A stretch of 49,265 nucleotides of DNA, filler included, from Bipalium vagum (GCA_037834085.1; 3 parts of 3 records of this genome joined end to end with filler, not necessarily neighbours in it); one strand, 5' to 3'; counted from the whole stretch's first letter, positions 24,414-38,710 are shown. Notes: generated by a model from the letters alone, not told the origin. A program made the numbers and translations.

Positions 24414-27400
24414 TAAATATTGTTTAACAAGTAAACATTGAATTTTAATTGTTTGAATTTACTTTTCAGTGGAAAAATAATAATAATATTTTTAATTTTA
24501 ATTATTTAATATTTAATTTAAATAATTTTAGAAATTTTAATATTAAACTTTTGAAAAATTAAATTGACTTTTATTCATTTTTATATTTCCGAAATATTTA
24601 AAGAAATTCTGTTTCCTTTTATATATAAAATTATTTTAATGCATAATACAAAATTCAATAAATATTCTCCAATTATTATCTTAGAATATTTTTTATTTTA
24701 AAATTAAAAGAAAAGAACATTCTAAAAATAGAATGACCTATGTTAGCTGCAATATCAACAAAGTCAATCATAGTTTTAAAAATATATTTTTGAATGTCTT
24801 AAAATAATAATATTTAAATAAATTTTCAATTCTTAATAAATCAATATATTATACCCTTATAATTAAATATCAAAATTCATTTCAATAAAAATTATTTTAA
24901 AATAAATATGCAAAATTAAATTAAATAAATATTAAAATTGAATTAACTAAAAATTTTAATTAGGCTCAATATAAAAATTCAAAAATTAGAAATCAGTTTA
25001 AATACTCACAACCTAAGTTTAATATATTCATATTAGGCGTGCGTTACTGTATACATAACTAACAAAATTTTGTTGTAGTAAATAGATTATTGGTTTTAAG
25101 GAAAGGATTTCCCAATACCAAAATCGAAAATTCTACCTGAAATGGAAAAAACCAAGAATGTTTCCGTCTTACTGCCGAAAAGTTTCAATTCACCTCACAC
25201 TGCATATTATCTATCCCACGAAAAATTGAGTTAATAGTATCTGTTAAAGAAAATCATTAGGAGAAAATAAATTGAGAAAACTACTCTATTCCCTTTACTG
25301 CGTTTTTTATTTGTCATTAATAATTTTTGTCCATTTTATTCCTCATTTAGTTATTTTCTCGGTTTCGATATAACCGGTGTATCATATGATATATAGTTTT
25401 ATATCATTTTGATCAATCATATATGATTAAAATTTCAGTTTAAAATCATTTAATTTACTATAGTGATATTATTATTATTATTTTATAAAAGTTATAAATT
25501 TATAATTTTTGGAAATAAATTTTTTCTAATTTAAATATTTTGTAACATTTATTGAATATATATTTTTATCTTTAAATCCACCATTAATATTTGATCAAAT
25601 TCTTGATTGATGGCCATCATAAATAGTTTTAATTATTTATTTTACAATTTAAAAATTAATTTAATATTTTCTTTTAAAATTTAATTTTGATTTTATGAAC
25701 CTCATAAATTATAATAATTTATTAGATTAAAACAAAATTTATATCATGTTTTAAATTTGGCTAACAATTTCCATCGTGTATTACTAAATATAAAAATGTA
25801 CAAAATGTAATTTTTTAAAATGTAATTTTTTTTAATTTAATGTACATTTAACTAATAAAAATTAATCGAAAATATCAAATGAAAATTGAAAATTAAAACA
25901 AATATTAATTTATATTAAGTTATAAATTAAAAAATATTTAATTTAAATTTATTAAGAAAAAGAGTTAGATGAATATCTTCTCGTCAATTATTTTTATTTC
26001 GGTTTAATTAAAGATTCTTCAGATAAATAAATTCGATTTTCAAGAGAAATATTTTCTATCAAAAATAAATTAAAACAAGATAATTATTATTACAGAATTT
26101 TATAAAATCTTTAGAAAACTTGATTTAAAAACCAAAACCATTTCTTTTTGGTAAAATTTTACTGAAAGAATTATTTGTAAAGTTTTCTGTTTTCAAAAAA
26201 ACTTTATCGATCAATTTTAATGAATACTTCAATGTCAATTTTTGTATCAATTTCAACTGCAAATCCATTATTTATTAATGTGATTCTTTCAACTGCAATA
26301 AAGTTTGGGAAAGATTCACTATTCACAAAAAATAATTTCCTTTTTGCAAAATTCATCTCTTTAATGTTTGCAATCTTAAACAAAATTATATTAAATATTG
26401 ATAACTTTAATTATAAGTCAGTTTTATGTTTAATTGTAAACAATATTCAATTGAGATAATAAAGCAATATTTAAACAAAATATTACTCTTCCTTTTTGAC
26501 TTTGAAAAAGATTCTCTCGCACTTATCAATTTATGCTTTATCGGATTTTTTTTAAATAAATAATAATAAAACTTAATGTATTAACATATTATATTAATTA
26601 ATATTAATTAATTTAGAAAAATTTTGTTTATTAATTATTTTTTTTATTATCATTAGAAAATAAATAAGAATCATTATGGAAAATTCATCAACAATACGTG
26701 ATTAATATTATTAAATATTATATTTTATTAAATATTGGGTATAATAATGATTATTAAACATCAAAATAAAAATCAATAATTTCTATCGATAATCAATTGA
26801 TTTATGAAAAAAATATAAAAACTGGCTAAATAAAATTAATGTGTTTAAGATTTTAATTTTTAAAAGGTTTTTTTATTAAAAAAAACATTGGATTGTAATT
26901 CTCTAATCAAATTAACTTACCCATTCGAAATTTATGTTCAAAAGCAAAAGGGAAATTTTATGGTTAAAAACAGCTACGAAGAAGACTCATCAATAGGGAA
27001 CTGCATTATTATAAATATACCTTGAATATCCTTTGTACTGGAGTACACTAATAATAAACACACGAGCAAATTTTGGAGACTAATATTCCTATCAGTTTTC
27101 ATTGGCTGGTAGAATTCCATATTGAATGCTACTCAACTTTGTTACTTTATCACTATGTAATTTGTTGATGTGTGTGCCTGTGTGTGTGCCAGGCAATTTT
27201 CACGTCAGTATTTTATATAATAGTGTGTATGTTTGTGTGTGTCTATGGTTTGGTGATTTTATTGAATCTGGGAGTGGTAAAACTATTTGAAAAAAAGCAG
27301 TTCATAAAATTTTAATTAATAAAAAAAAATTTTCTCTCGTTTTTTTTCTCATATATAATTTTGTACATATGTATTTGAAATGGGCAAATAATTGCTGGTT

Positions 27401-27959
27401 AATTTTCTAAAACTAATTCTGAGAAGAACAGCCGTCATCATGTAACGATATTGTAATAAGTGACAAACATGAGAAAATGGTTTTTACAATTTTTCGTTTC
27501 GTTTTTTAATTCTACAATATTTTGTTTCTAATATGAAATAAAATAGTGAAATAAATATTCGGGAATATTGACACTGTGGAAGGAAAATTGATTATTTTTT
27601 TAGGCTTTTTTAATTGCTTGGTTGGGGTTGCTCGTAATTAATTAATTTATGAAATTTATTAAAATATGTAAATTTGTGACGATTTTATGTTACTGCTCGA
27701 AGATCGTAATATGATATAGCTTAATGTTAAATGGGAATTCTTCATTGAGATTTAAATAAATCTTTTTCTCGTTTGTTTGGGTACTTTTAAATGAAAAAAT
27801 AATCTGTTAAAATATTTTTAAAAAATAAATAAATATTCGTAATTGAGAAGATAAACAATATTTTTCGCGGATATTTATGGAGAAATTTTGTCTAGATCAT
27901 TAACAATGAATTATTTTACTATGTTATGGATATATTTACAAGGTACCAGACTCCTTGTC

Positions 27960-28380
27960 AGTTTCTCTTTAAAGAAGTGACTGAATAATTATAAGAAGAC
28001 AATATTTATTATTTTTGTGATTTCGGTAAAATAAGAAAAATTGCGAAATTTATTATTTCCTGTTGAGCAGCGTCTGAGAAATGTATAATCGTTTTGAGAT
28101 AACTGTTTCTGTTTCTATCCAATAGTTTTTAATTGTCGGTTTATGATAGACCTTTTATTTACATTAATGACTTCTGACATTGTTTCAATTGCTTAAGATA
28201 GATCTTTGATCAACACCTACTCCAAATCTTCATTTGCAAAGTACTTTGGTTGATCTGAACGTTGTTTATCCTTTCAAATCAAAGTCACCCATTTTGAATG
28301 GGAGAATTCAATCTTCACATCATTTTTCAGAAATATCATGAATGCCATAAGCTTCTGAAAGCATCCTTTGACTTTTTGCC
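27960..28380 (-). mobile_element. Mariner N-terminal remnant (Mos1-like)
   Basis: RMLSEAYG...FKMGDFDLKDKQRSDQPKYFANEDLE resembles the Mos1 HTH/GDFDV.DK..G.PK region. Confidence 0.7.
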
Positions 28381-28619
28381 TTAATGTCTTAATATCAGTT
28401 AATATAGATAGACATATTTAATAGCCATCTAATTCAAGAAAGCCAATTCTAGTCTGGGGAAAGCTTTTCTTAGCTCAGTAATTAATCTGCTCCAATGTAG
28501 AAGATTTTCAAAGTTGTATTAAAAGAAGATTATTTGAGTAATCAAGATAATTATTTTTGTTTAATGAAGGTAACTTATCAATGAAAAAGGTTATTTATAT
28601 TAGAATTATTTAATATTAG

Positions 28620-29314
28620 TTATGGCTTCAAAATATGTCCGAAGTGTCGCAGTGTTGGAATCACTTCGCACCGGAAGAAAGCCAAAAGAAATATTTGAAT
28701 AGTTTGACTACAGCAAGATCCAAGTTAATGACTTGCCAAAGAGGTATTCTAAGTTTCCAGTTTCAGTCATGGTTCTACGCATGGTTATGACCTCACTTTT
28801 TTCAACATGGTCCTAAAATGGATGCTGACACATATCGGAGTACTAGTTGCGGTTGTCAAGCCGTGGTTGGACGAAATAAGCGGTGAGAGATACCATGTCT
28901 TTCAACAAGTCACGACTCCTGCTCATATAGGAAGAAAAACATAAGTATGACTTTATGAAAATCTGCGCTCCCATTTGTCACCTGATTTGTGGCCTCCCTA
29001 CAGTTCGGATTGCAATCCTCTCGATTATTATCTATTGGGTGTGGTTGAGTCACAAGTTAACATAACACAATCAAGTCCTTACAGGATGGCATTATACAGG
29101 TAATGCCGAAATTGGACAAGAAGGACGTTAAGCGAGCATACAGCACATTCAGAGCCCGGCTTGAGGCGGTTGTGACCAAAAATGGTGATCACATCGAACA
29201 ATACAAAACTTGATACACTTATTCAGTTGTGTACCAATATTTATTTTAATATAGTTATTAGTTTTGTCCTTTAATTAATATTAAAAGATTTCCGAATTTA
29301 TCTCGACGACCCTG
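28620..29314 (+). mobile_element. maT / DD37D-type transposase remnant with right TIR
   Basis: YHVFQQ(V)TTPAH...DLWPPYSSDCNPLDYY, with 37 residues between the (mutated) second D and third D. Ends ...CGACGACCCTG. Confidence 0.8.
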
Positions 29315-30279
29315 TGATTATAATTATCATCATTCCATTTCAATTAATCCTTAATTGATTAAAAGATTTTTGTAAAGGTTATGAGAGGATTTTTTTTGTT
29401 AGAGAGATAATGATAAAGAAATGATAGGGCAGACAGAATCAATTTCCAAACGCTGGAAAAGTCATTTGAAAAATTATTGAAAACAATGCAAAAATTTTAG
29501 ATTTGAACTGGTATAGTAATTTTGTTACTTTAAATTTGAATTGACTTGAAATAGTTCAATAGCTTTTATATTTCACAGCTAAATTGAAGTTGCCCAGTGT
29601 TTCTGATATTTTAAAATTGAATTAATTTGAAACAATGTTGTAGTTTTGATAGCTTAAGGGTGTATTGATTTCCGGTTTCTTTAAAAGATAAGAATGCATC
29701 AGGGATTATGTTGATGTATATTTTTCTGGACCCCGGAACCTTTCATGGTACCCGAACTGAAGTCGGTATTATTTTAGCATTTTGCATTGATAAACTATTT
29801 GATATTTCTTTAATAAATTCACTTTAGTTCAATTTTTTTATTATATCTTAGCTTATTTTATGATATCATTTGTCTTATTTAACCATTGTTATTATGTATT
29901 AGTTGTGTATTGTATTTAGAAAATTGTCTGGAACATTATGATACGTAAGTGCAGAGAGTTATAAGCAGCTTAGGTTTTGTCAGACATTAAAAGAGACTGT
30001 TAATCTGTGCTAATTTTCAGACATTTATTGATTGACCGTTATTGCCAGTTTGATTACTAATTAAATAAAACATTTAGACTTACTCTTTTGTTTCTTATTC
30101 CATAGATGGTATATTCTTTACATCGAACTCAATTAATAAATTTGGAGTCGGATAAAAACCAGTTTGGTTAATATTACAAGAGTTAAAGTATTCTATTATA
30201 TATCTTTTGTCTTTGGACTCATTCAAATAATCAATTCGGAAATAGATATAGAAATCCTATGAAAACCTTGTAAACCTAT

Positions 30280-30842
30280 AGATGATTTTTTCAAAAATCC
30301 TTCATCATGTTGTTCATGTTTTAAAACCCAACTTACAAACTCTCGGCGGATTTCATGATCTTGTGGTTTCAATTCTTTTGCAAATTGAATCTTGTAAGCA
30401 TGCAAATGCAGATCTTCTTTTAAAATTCGTTGAAGAGAACTTTTGAAAATTCTAATTTGTTAACTGCAAATAGCAATTGATGTGGAATATAATTTCAGTC
30501 GGACGAATAGGACCATAGAATTTTCAGTTACGAACAGAACCACTAAATTCAAATTTCTTTATTAAATTTCTCACGATGTTGCAACATGGTGCATCACGAT
30601 GACCAAAAGCAGTCCTGCATTTTCGAATTGTTTCGGCAAAACATGACTCATTCTGATAATGAATTTTGAAAATTTGTATGCGTTGCTGGATTGCATAATT
30701 TATATTTTGAAATATCAATATTTAAAGATATTATTAAAACAAATACAAATATTTATTTAGACATAAAATGTATATACGATGGTATTTTTTCAATAAAAAT
30801 TATAGCCTATTTATAATGTCGGTTCTATATGAATGATCCTAA
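30280..30842 (-). mobile_element. rosa/DD41D-like transposase N-terminal fragment
   Basis: ORFs QQRIQIFKIHYQNESCFAETIRKCRTAFG...LIKKFEFSGSV and LHAYKIQFAKELKPQDHEIRREF. Confidence 0.78.
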
Positions 30843-32599
30843 TATATAAATTGAAAATCTTCTACTTTTATTTACACACAAAAAAACGTTTAAACAATAT
30901 TTTTTTAAGATTAACATATAATGCTATTTCCTTTAAAGGTTAAGGTCGTACGGATAATTATTGCATATTAATAATCAGAAAAAATTTCTAATTTAGAAAT
31001 GTTCATTGTTAAAGTTCTACATCAACCTTGTAAATAAGCGCATTCATAATGATAGTATTATAAACGCCGAAAACTTTTTTAATACCCGTTGATTTTCTTT
31101 AAAAAAATTATGTTTCAAACATTTATATATAATCGTACGGATGATTATTGGAATAAGTATATATATAAATTATAAAATATAATTATAAATATATCGCTTT
31201 ATTAAATAAAGTATTATCATCATTATTATTAATAATAACAAAATGTAAATGTTAAAACTTTTAAATTAGTATTTTGTAAAATAAAACAATAAATAATTGG
31301 ATGTTTTTCTAACATTTTTAAAAAGCGCCCGAACTTATTTATTAAATCAAAAGTTTAATGATGAAAGGAAAGGTCCAAAGGAGAAACATAATATAAAGGT
31401 GTTTTATGATAGTTTTTAAACATTAAATATATTAGGTTGTAATTAATTAGATGATATCAAATGTCCAATTTAGTCGAAATGTTTTTTTTTAAAAAAGCAT
31501 CACATTTAAAGAACAAATAAAACTTAAAAACTTCAATTAATTAATAAAACGCAAAATTATATTTTTATATTTAAACAAATGTGGATATAGCAAAATCAAT
31601 GATTTTTATTTGGATTAATTAACTAGGTCCTGAAAACCTTATCAGTTGATTTTACTAAATAAAACTTTTAGTATTGAAAATTTTTCAGAAATTTAATTTA
31701 CTTCAGTTCTTAATTATATCAGTCAGTTTTCATAGAGGAAACTAATGAATTTGCTATCACTTGTCTTCATTTACAAATATTGTCAGGCTCACGAAACTTC
31801 CGACGTCGTCGAAGGGAAACGACCTGTTCAATGAGAAATTGCAAAATACGATCAAAATAAAAAATTGTGAAAGGTTGTCACAGCTCTACAAAAATCTATG
31901 GAGGACAGATTAAAGGGATCACAAAAGTCCTGAGTCAACTTTTACATTTTCATCTAAATCCTGTTTTTCTATAACAATTAAATGCAAGATTAATATTCAT
32001 CTAAAGTGCCACAAAAATATGTTAAACAATCACTTCTAGGAATAGAAAAGGTAGTCAAACTCGTGCCATTGATTTGAGCATTTTAATCAAATTATGCCGA
32101 CCTCTTTTTAAGTGGAACTACCTACAAACTATTTTCAATATAAATTTTGCAAAAAGGGATTTTAACGTCTTTTTACTTGTATAGGGTGTCCCATAAGTAA
32201 CGCCAAATTTAAAAAGTTAATAAATATTATAAAGTGATTTTAAATTATATAAAACATAAAATCATACTATTTAAAAAAATAATAAACGACTGTAAATGAT
32301 CATGTAAAATAAATGTAAAGAGACTCTTATATTAGCAGCTGAGCAGCAAAAGCATTTAAAAATGCCAATAGAATTAATAAAGATTTCAGCAAATTTACAG
32401 GAGAAAATTTTTAAATATATAAAATTCCTATTTTTTTTTATTTTATATACGAAATAAATTTAAGAGTTTATTATTCGTACATATAAATTTAATATTTTCT
32501 TTTTATTTTAGTAAAGATTGGTAACCTAAACAGTTTCTGCCATTTTTTTAAATAAAAAAAATTAATTTTTTCTCATAACAAATAAATTTAAAATTAAAT

Positions 32600-33335
32600 C
32601 AAATTTGTTCCTTTTTGTTCTATAACCTTTCTCCATTTATCCAAAAAAAAACCATAATTCCATCACTGTAAAATTTCAAAGATTTCTGATTGAAAAACTG
32701 AACAATTTTTGCATAGTCATGAGAGATACGTGCGCTCGTGCGTTGTTCTGATAGAACTCAGAACCTTTTCTGTTGACCATGTGGAATCAATTATTTGGCC
32801 AGGTTCTAAAAGCTTATAATTCACCATTTCTTTTCAATCCAACCATTCTGACATCATTAACTTTGAAGTTAACCTTGGGTTTGCAATGGTTTGTGGAGTT
32901 TCACCGCTTTTGACCGGGATCTTTTCTTCATATTAATAACTGGTTCCAAATATAGAGCTTCTTTTTGTATCCAAGCTTTTCCAAATGTTTTATTACAGTT
33001 TTTTGATAAATGCCAAGAGTTTCTACAATATCATAACTTCTTATATAACAATCTTTTTCGATTATTTTCTGGATGTTGATGTCCTTATCTTCTATTTGTC
33101 TTCCAGAATGAGTTGCAGCTGTTACATCGATGTTGCCACCTCGAAACCGACCAAACCATTTCACATAACTTTTTAGCGGCTAGGGTGGCATTTTTTTATT
33201 TCAGGAAAAAAAATTTAAGAATGTACCTAATTTTTTCCTTGTTTTGAATTTTTTGCAACATTTATTTAATTTATTTAAAGAATGAATATTAAGGATTTTT
33301 TTCGATTAATTAAAATTAGGTATTTGATTTTACAA
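32600..33335 (-). mobile_element. Mariner remnant (same family as 44255-45281)
   Basis: KWFGRFRGGNIDVTAATHSGRQ...HLEKLGYKKKLYIW. The 5' region shares long similar stretches with 45030-45185. Confidence 0.85.
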
Positions 33336-33437
33336 TACCCGCGGAAAGTATAGGAACACGTATAGAAAACAATAAAATACTAAAAAATAATCATTTTTAT
33401 GCGATCAATTTATTTTTAAGTGAGTCGATTATTCAAA

Positions 33438-33537
33438 NNNNNNNNNNNNNNNNNNNNNNNNNNNNNNNNNNNNNNNNNNNNTTAATTAATTAANNNNNNN
33501 NNNNNNNNNNNNNNNNNNNNNNNNNNNNNNNNNNNNN
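33438..33537. other. Artificial contig spacer (44N-TTAATTAATTAA-44N)
   Basis: Identical in structure to the first spacer. Confidence 0.97.
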
Positions 33538-33877
33538 ATTTGACTGATGTGGTTTACCATACATAATCCTGAAATAACTCCTGTATGTATACTTGTAAAT
33601 AAAACAATAAAAAAATTAAAAATACACGTGTTTGTAAAAGTTTTTTTTTACATAGGTTAGTCTTTTAGTGGCCACCCTGTATTTTCTACCGAATCAATAA
33701 AAAATATGTGGTTTCGAATTTCTGTGATCTATTATTGCAAACAAGATTATAAATTTCATTTGTGCTGATAACAGATCTTAAAAGATTATTAAAAAATAAT
33801 AAAAATTAATTTAAAATTTTAATATTGTAACAATTTTTTTAATTGAATAATTAATATAAAAATAAATAAATAATTAC

Positions 33878-34578
33878 CAGCTGTTAGGATAGGAAATTCA
33901 TGTCTTTTTATCATTTCGTCCAATTTTTCTACTTTCATTTCTATTTCAGATTCAGATATTTTATGAATTTCTCCTAATTCTCTTTTAAAGTCAGGTAATC
34001 CAATATACTCTTTGAGGCTTTTAAGTAATGCACCTAAGTCTTTCATAATCTCAGGATAAGTAGTATAAAGTTCGGTGCTTTTCAAAATCTGTTATAAATA
34101 TATAAATATTATTTTAGTCAAAATTATTAAAAAGAAATATTTGTAAAAAATCTTTATTATTTTTACGATATTTTATAATACTCGTAAATAAATATTCAAA
34201 TGTCTTCATATCCTAATATTACACAGGAGTTTTTATAAAAAATTTAAAAATGAATAATAATTGAAACAAAAAACACTTGCTAACTAATAAAAAAATTATT
34301 ACTTAGATTTTTAAAAAATGTCTAATTACTGAGAACACATCTCTATATTATTATTAAGATAAAATAATATAAATAAATGAATAAATAAATAAGCTTACTT
34401 CACTACTTTCTTTATTTGCATGATATTTCAAGGTAAGAATTTCTTTAATATCATCTAGGTTATTAACATAATTAAAAACCATGTCTCTTTCCGATAATAA
34501 TTCAAATCCTTGAGCAGCATCACTTATTTCACTGATTTTCTCTTTTGAAAGATAATATTCATCCACATTGTCATCCAT
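33878..34578 (-). CDS. Two 5' exons (34578-34399, 34088-33878) of an unknown protein, probably leading into a P-loop GTPase (dynamin-N-like) domain; truncated by the contig gap
   Basis: Two ORFs are joined by a phase-0 GTAAG..ACAG intron, giving MDDNVDEYY...KESSE|ILKSTELY...KLDEMIKRHEFPILTA-G. A phase-1 GTAAT donor follows. A TTTCAG acceptor lies 8 nt upstream of the ATG. The GTPase assignment is an inference from the hydrophobic strand + G (PILTAG). Confidence 0.65.
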
Positions 34579-35469
34579 CTTAATTACTGAAATAAAATGC
34601 TGGTACCAAGTAGAATATTATTATCAAAAATGGAATATAAAATATTTATAGTAACAGTTTTTCTCTATTTAGTAATATAAAAGTTGGACTTTGTAATTTA
34701 AATAATCAATATTTTTAATTCATTAGTTCATTCTTTAAATGATATTGTAACTATGTCACATTTAATTTAAAAAAATAGAAATAACTTAAGTGGATATTTT
34801 AATTAATCGATTATTAATCGATATTTCAATAATTTTTTAAACATTTTAATGTTTCAATTTTTGTACTTTTATTCATGATATTCAAATTTTTGTATCAATA
34901 TGACTAGTTTTTTAATATCTGAAGTCTAGTTTTAAGTTTATTTAGACGTCTCTTTAACCATAATTTCGTTATAAAATAAAATAAAATTCAAAAATAAGAT
35001 TCAAAAAGGTTCGCTTATCAAACCTATTCAAGTATATTTATTGAAATTGATATATAAGAAAACAGGTTGGACTAACTCCGAGTATTAATGCTGTATAAAG
35101 AGAAGAAATTGTTTATTACTGTTTAAAAATTGAACAATGTTTTTATGAGCCACAGAAATACCCATGTATTTTTTCTCACCTAAAAAATTACCTATGTTTT
35201 TGTTTTTTTTCGTTTCCCTTACTCCATTGATCAAGAGAATCTGAATATTTCACAAAATTAAATAGTCCATCATGGATATTAATTTAAATTAATTTCTTAC
35301 ACAATTTCTATAATAATTATTATTGAAATGTGATTAAAATTTCTTAAACAAATCGATGATTTATTACATTTTAATTAAATTTTGACCTAAAATTGATACT
35401 TAATTTTGGTTCTCGATTCAAATAAAACGATATTTTTAATTATTATTTCCACAAAATTATTAGATACTA

Positions 35470-35889
35470 TTATGTGAGTCAGAAAGTAACCTCGTTTTTC
35501 TAATTGTTAAAATTAATTGCTAAATATTGACAATTTTATTATTGTTTTAATAATAAGGACAATGTCAGGCCGCACACCTCGAAGGTCACATCTAAAAAAA
35601 TTAAAGACCTAAGATAGCCCACCATATAGACCAGACATTTCTCCAACAGATTTTTAGATCTTTGCAGCACTTCTTGTCTGGAAAAAAATTTCAAAATGAA
35701 GATCAGATCAAAAAGGAGACTCTAAATCTTCCTCGTTCTTTGAAAAAGGGATGAAATGCTTGATTGACAAGTGCCAGGCTATAGTAAAAAAATAATTGCG
35801 ATTATGTGATTGATTTACAATAAATTTAAATGTAAAAATTTGTAAAATAAAATTGTGATAAAAACGAGGTTACTTTCTGACTTACCTAA
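35470..35889 (+). mobile_element. Internally deleted mariner (MITE-like, 420 bp)
   Basis: TIRs TTATGTGAGTCAGAAAGTAACCTCGTTTT / AAAACGAGGTTACTTTCTGACTTACCTAA with TA TSDs. Interior DNVRPHTS, PPYRPDISPTDF. Confidence 0.9.
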
Positions 35890-38249
35890 TATTTAAAACT
35901 ATTTTTTAATTTTAATAATTTTCATTTCTTAAAAATTTTTTAATATTTAAAGAAAATCTTCTTAGATTTCAACAATTTCTTGAAATTAATTTTTATCTTT
36001 CATTGATAAATTTTATTCCAAGGCCATTAAAATTAGATTTTAAAAACCACAAATTACTTTGTATTAAGATTGTAATTAATGAACACAATTTTTTTAATAT
36101 AATAAGGAATATGTGACAAATTGATATTAGGTATTCAATTGCTTGAAATTAAGGAAAATATCAACAATCAACCATTTATTCATTTTAGAAAATTATTTTA
36201 TATAATAAATACTTCCTCGAAAAATTATAACTTGACATAGAATAAGAAAATAAGAAAACTAAATTCTAAACTGATGTTATAAAATTTGCATTGATTCTTA
36301 TATAAATTTTATGTAATGATTTATTTTAAAATTCTATAACCATATAATTTATCATTGAAAATGACGGACAGTGAGCGTCTTAAGACTTAGATAATTAATT
36401 GATACACGTATTAGCAACCAATTCTAGAACCACCGGAACTAAATGATGGTCAAAAAGGAAGTTGAGCCAAATATCAATCTTCTACCAGTATTTCGTGAGC
36501 TGGTATCTATTTGTCACAGAAAAGAAAGACAAGTCCGGTAGTTAGAAGATGGCCAGATGTTGTCCATTCTCTGCCTGACAGGACTGAATACTACGCACGA
36601 ATGGAGGAATTTATTGTATCCGGACTTTAACAATAGAGATTGCCATTCTTTAAAAGAAATATAAATACATTTTGCAAATCGAATTTTAACAATAAATTTC
36701 GCAATTTTTCTATAATTTATTTAGTCATTTTAATAAAACTTAAAGTTATTAATAAAGCTGAAAAACAGGTAAAAACAGTACGATTTTATCTAAGATTTTT
36801 ATATAAAATATGTATTTAAAATACAAACACTATTCATTTTATATTATATCAAATATTTAACATTTGAAAAACATATTTATTAACTTAAAATTAATTTAAA
36901 CTCTAATTTATGAATTGTGTATAATTTAAATAAATAGTAAAACCCAGGAATGCCACAAATGTTCTTTGGTTAGCTTATATTGCCTTGTTTGATTGCTAAA
37001 AATATAACATTTTCAGTTTAATAATTTATATTTGTTATTCATTTGAAAAGATTAAATATTGAAGTTTTTTAAATTAAACAATATGGTATTTGATATAAAT
37101 TAAAACAAAGAGATCCACAGAATTAATTATAGAACTTAATATATATTCCATTTTTGAAATGTTTAATTATATAGAGGAAAACCTTTAATAGATGTAAATG
37201 AAAATATTTGTTATTACAAAAATAATTAAAAAATTCTTTTAAAGAAATTATCATTTAGTTAGGAATGACCACATTAAAGTTTGTCATTTTATTTTTGAAA
37301 CCAATATCAATCCATTTCCTTTAGATCACTTAACTCAAGATAGTCTATATTCTAGTCTACATAATGAAAAATTTTTTTTCTTTATAAGCTCCTAGTATCT
37401 ATGGAAAGTAATATTTATTGTTGTAATATCAGTGATACCAATATGATTAACATAACATGATTAATAATTGAAAATTTTTTGTAATCATAAAATAAAGTTT
37501 AAATTATTTTTCATTTCTTTATCATTTTACAAATTTTGTTTGAATTATCATGAGTACTAGAAATTAAATGTTCCTTTACTACTTTATTTGTAAATATTTA
37601 TTAATTTTCATTAGCACCAATTTTATCTTTACCTTTTATAACGTTTTTAATTAATTTAATATCATTAGGTTGAAGCATAAGTTGTTTCGTTTTTGTTTAA
37701 TCATTTATTAGTCAATAATATAGACATGGCAAAAATAGACATTTATTTCAAGGTAATATAAACTATTATCTAAAATTATATATATGAGGATCAGATAAAA
37801 TAAATAAAAATAATTTGAAAAGGGAAGTTTCAAATTTAATAACTAAACTATTTATTAGATGAAATTAATAAGATTTTTAATACTAATCATTTTAATAAAA
37901 CAAAACACTAACTCGTTTTAAAAAAATTGAATATAAATATATTTCTTTGAATTTAATTATTTTGAAAATAACTTCTATTAGTAAAAATAACAATAAAATT
38001 GAATTTCAACCTTGTATTTACAAAATATTTTTTCATATTTGTCAAATTTTATATTGCTTTGGTTTAATATTTTTATAAAATCTAACTCAGCGTTTGATTT
38101 GATCAAAATATTCCATAATTCATCTTCAAAATTATGTTTTCTTTACATTAAATTATTATTTATTATTTTTTAAGATTAATTTAAATTGATATATTTAATA
38201 TTAATTCGTTAAAATTATTTTTATTATTAGTTCTATGAATTAATTTTAA

Positions 38250-38710
38250 TTTGATTGCAATTTTCAATGCAATTCGTCATCTTGATAAAATCTTTCTGGT
38301 GTCATAGTTTCTCTATGATTTAAAAATAACTAGTGAATCAGACCGACCTTGGAACACCAAACTAACCTTATGGTATTCTTTTGGTGTAACTAATCTTTTA
38401 TTTTTGCCAATATCTAGCCAATGTTGTGACCGCCCCTGGTTTTTCGTAGACATTCATATCTACAATTTTTCTGAAAATTCGTTCAATTCATGAGGTATCT
38501 ATTTACTGAGCTTTGATGCTTTTCCAAGTTTTTTTAGAGATGGTCTAGAATTGTTGGGTAACTGACTCCTAACTTTTTGTACGTGGATCTATCTCAACCA
38601 AGGTCTTTAAATTCATCAATTTCAACTGCTGAGGAATGTCAACGACCTGCATCACTTTTCAGGCCTTTATTTCCATTCCTAGGTGTTTTGAATTAATTTT
38701 ACACGATTTG
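38250..38710 (-). mobile_element. Decayed mariner fragment
   Basis: Minus-strand HTH-linker (AGR..SAVE) and SQHWLD...PKR...KV segments. Confidence 0.55.

Noticed and set aside
10462-26459. Short ORFs at 10462, 11525, 16510, 22319, 23295, 26220
   Set aside because: Low-complexity F/I/L/N/K-rich chance ORFs of AT-rich DNA, often with non-ATG starts and no splice or motif support.
31790-31900. Cys-rich RRETTCSMRNCK, like a piggyBac C-terminal domain
   Set aside because: Too short and degraded; no upstream transposase motifs or TTAA-flanked TIRs confirmed.
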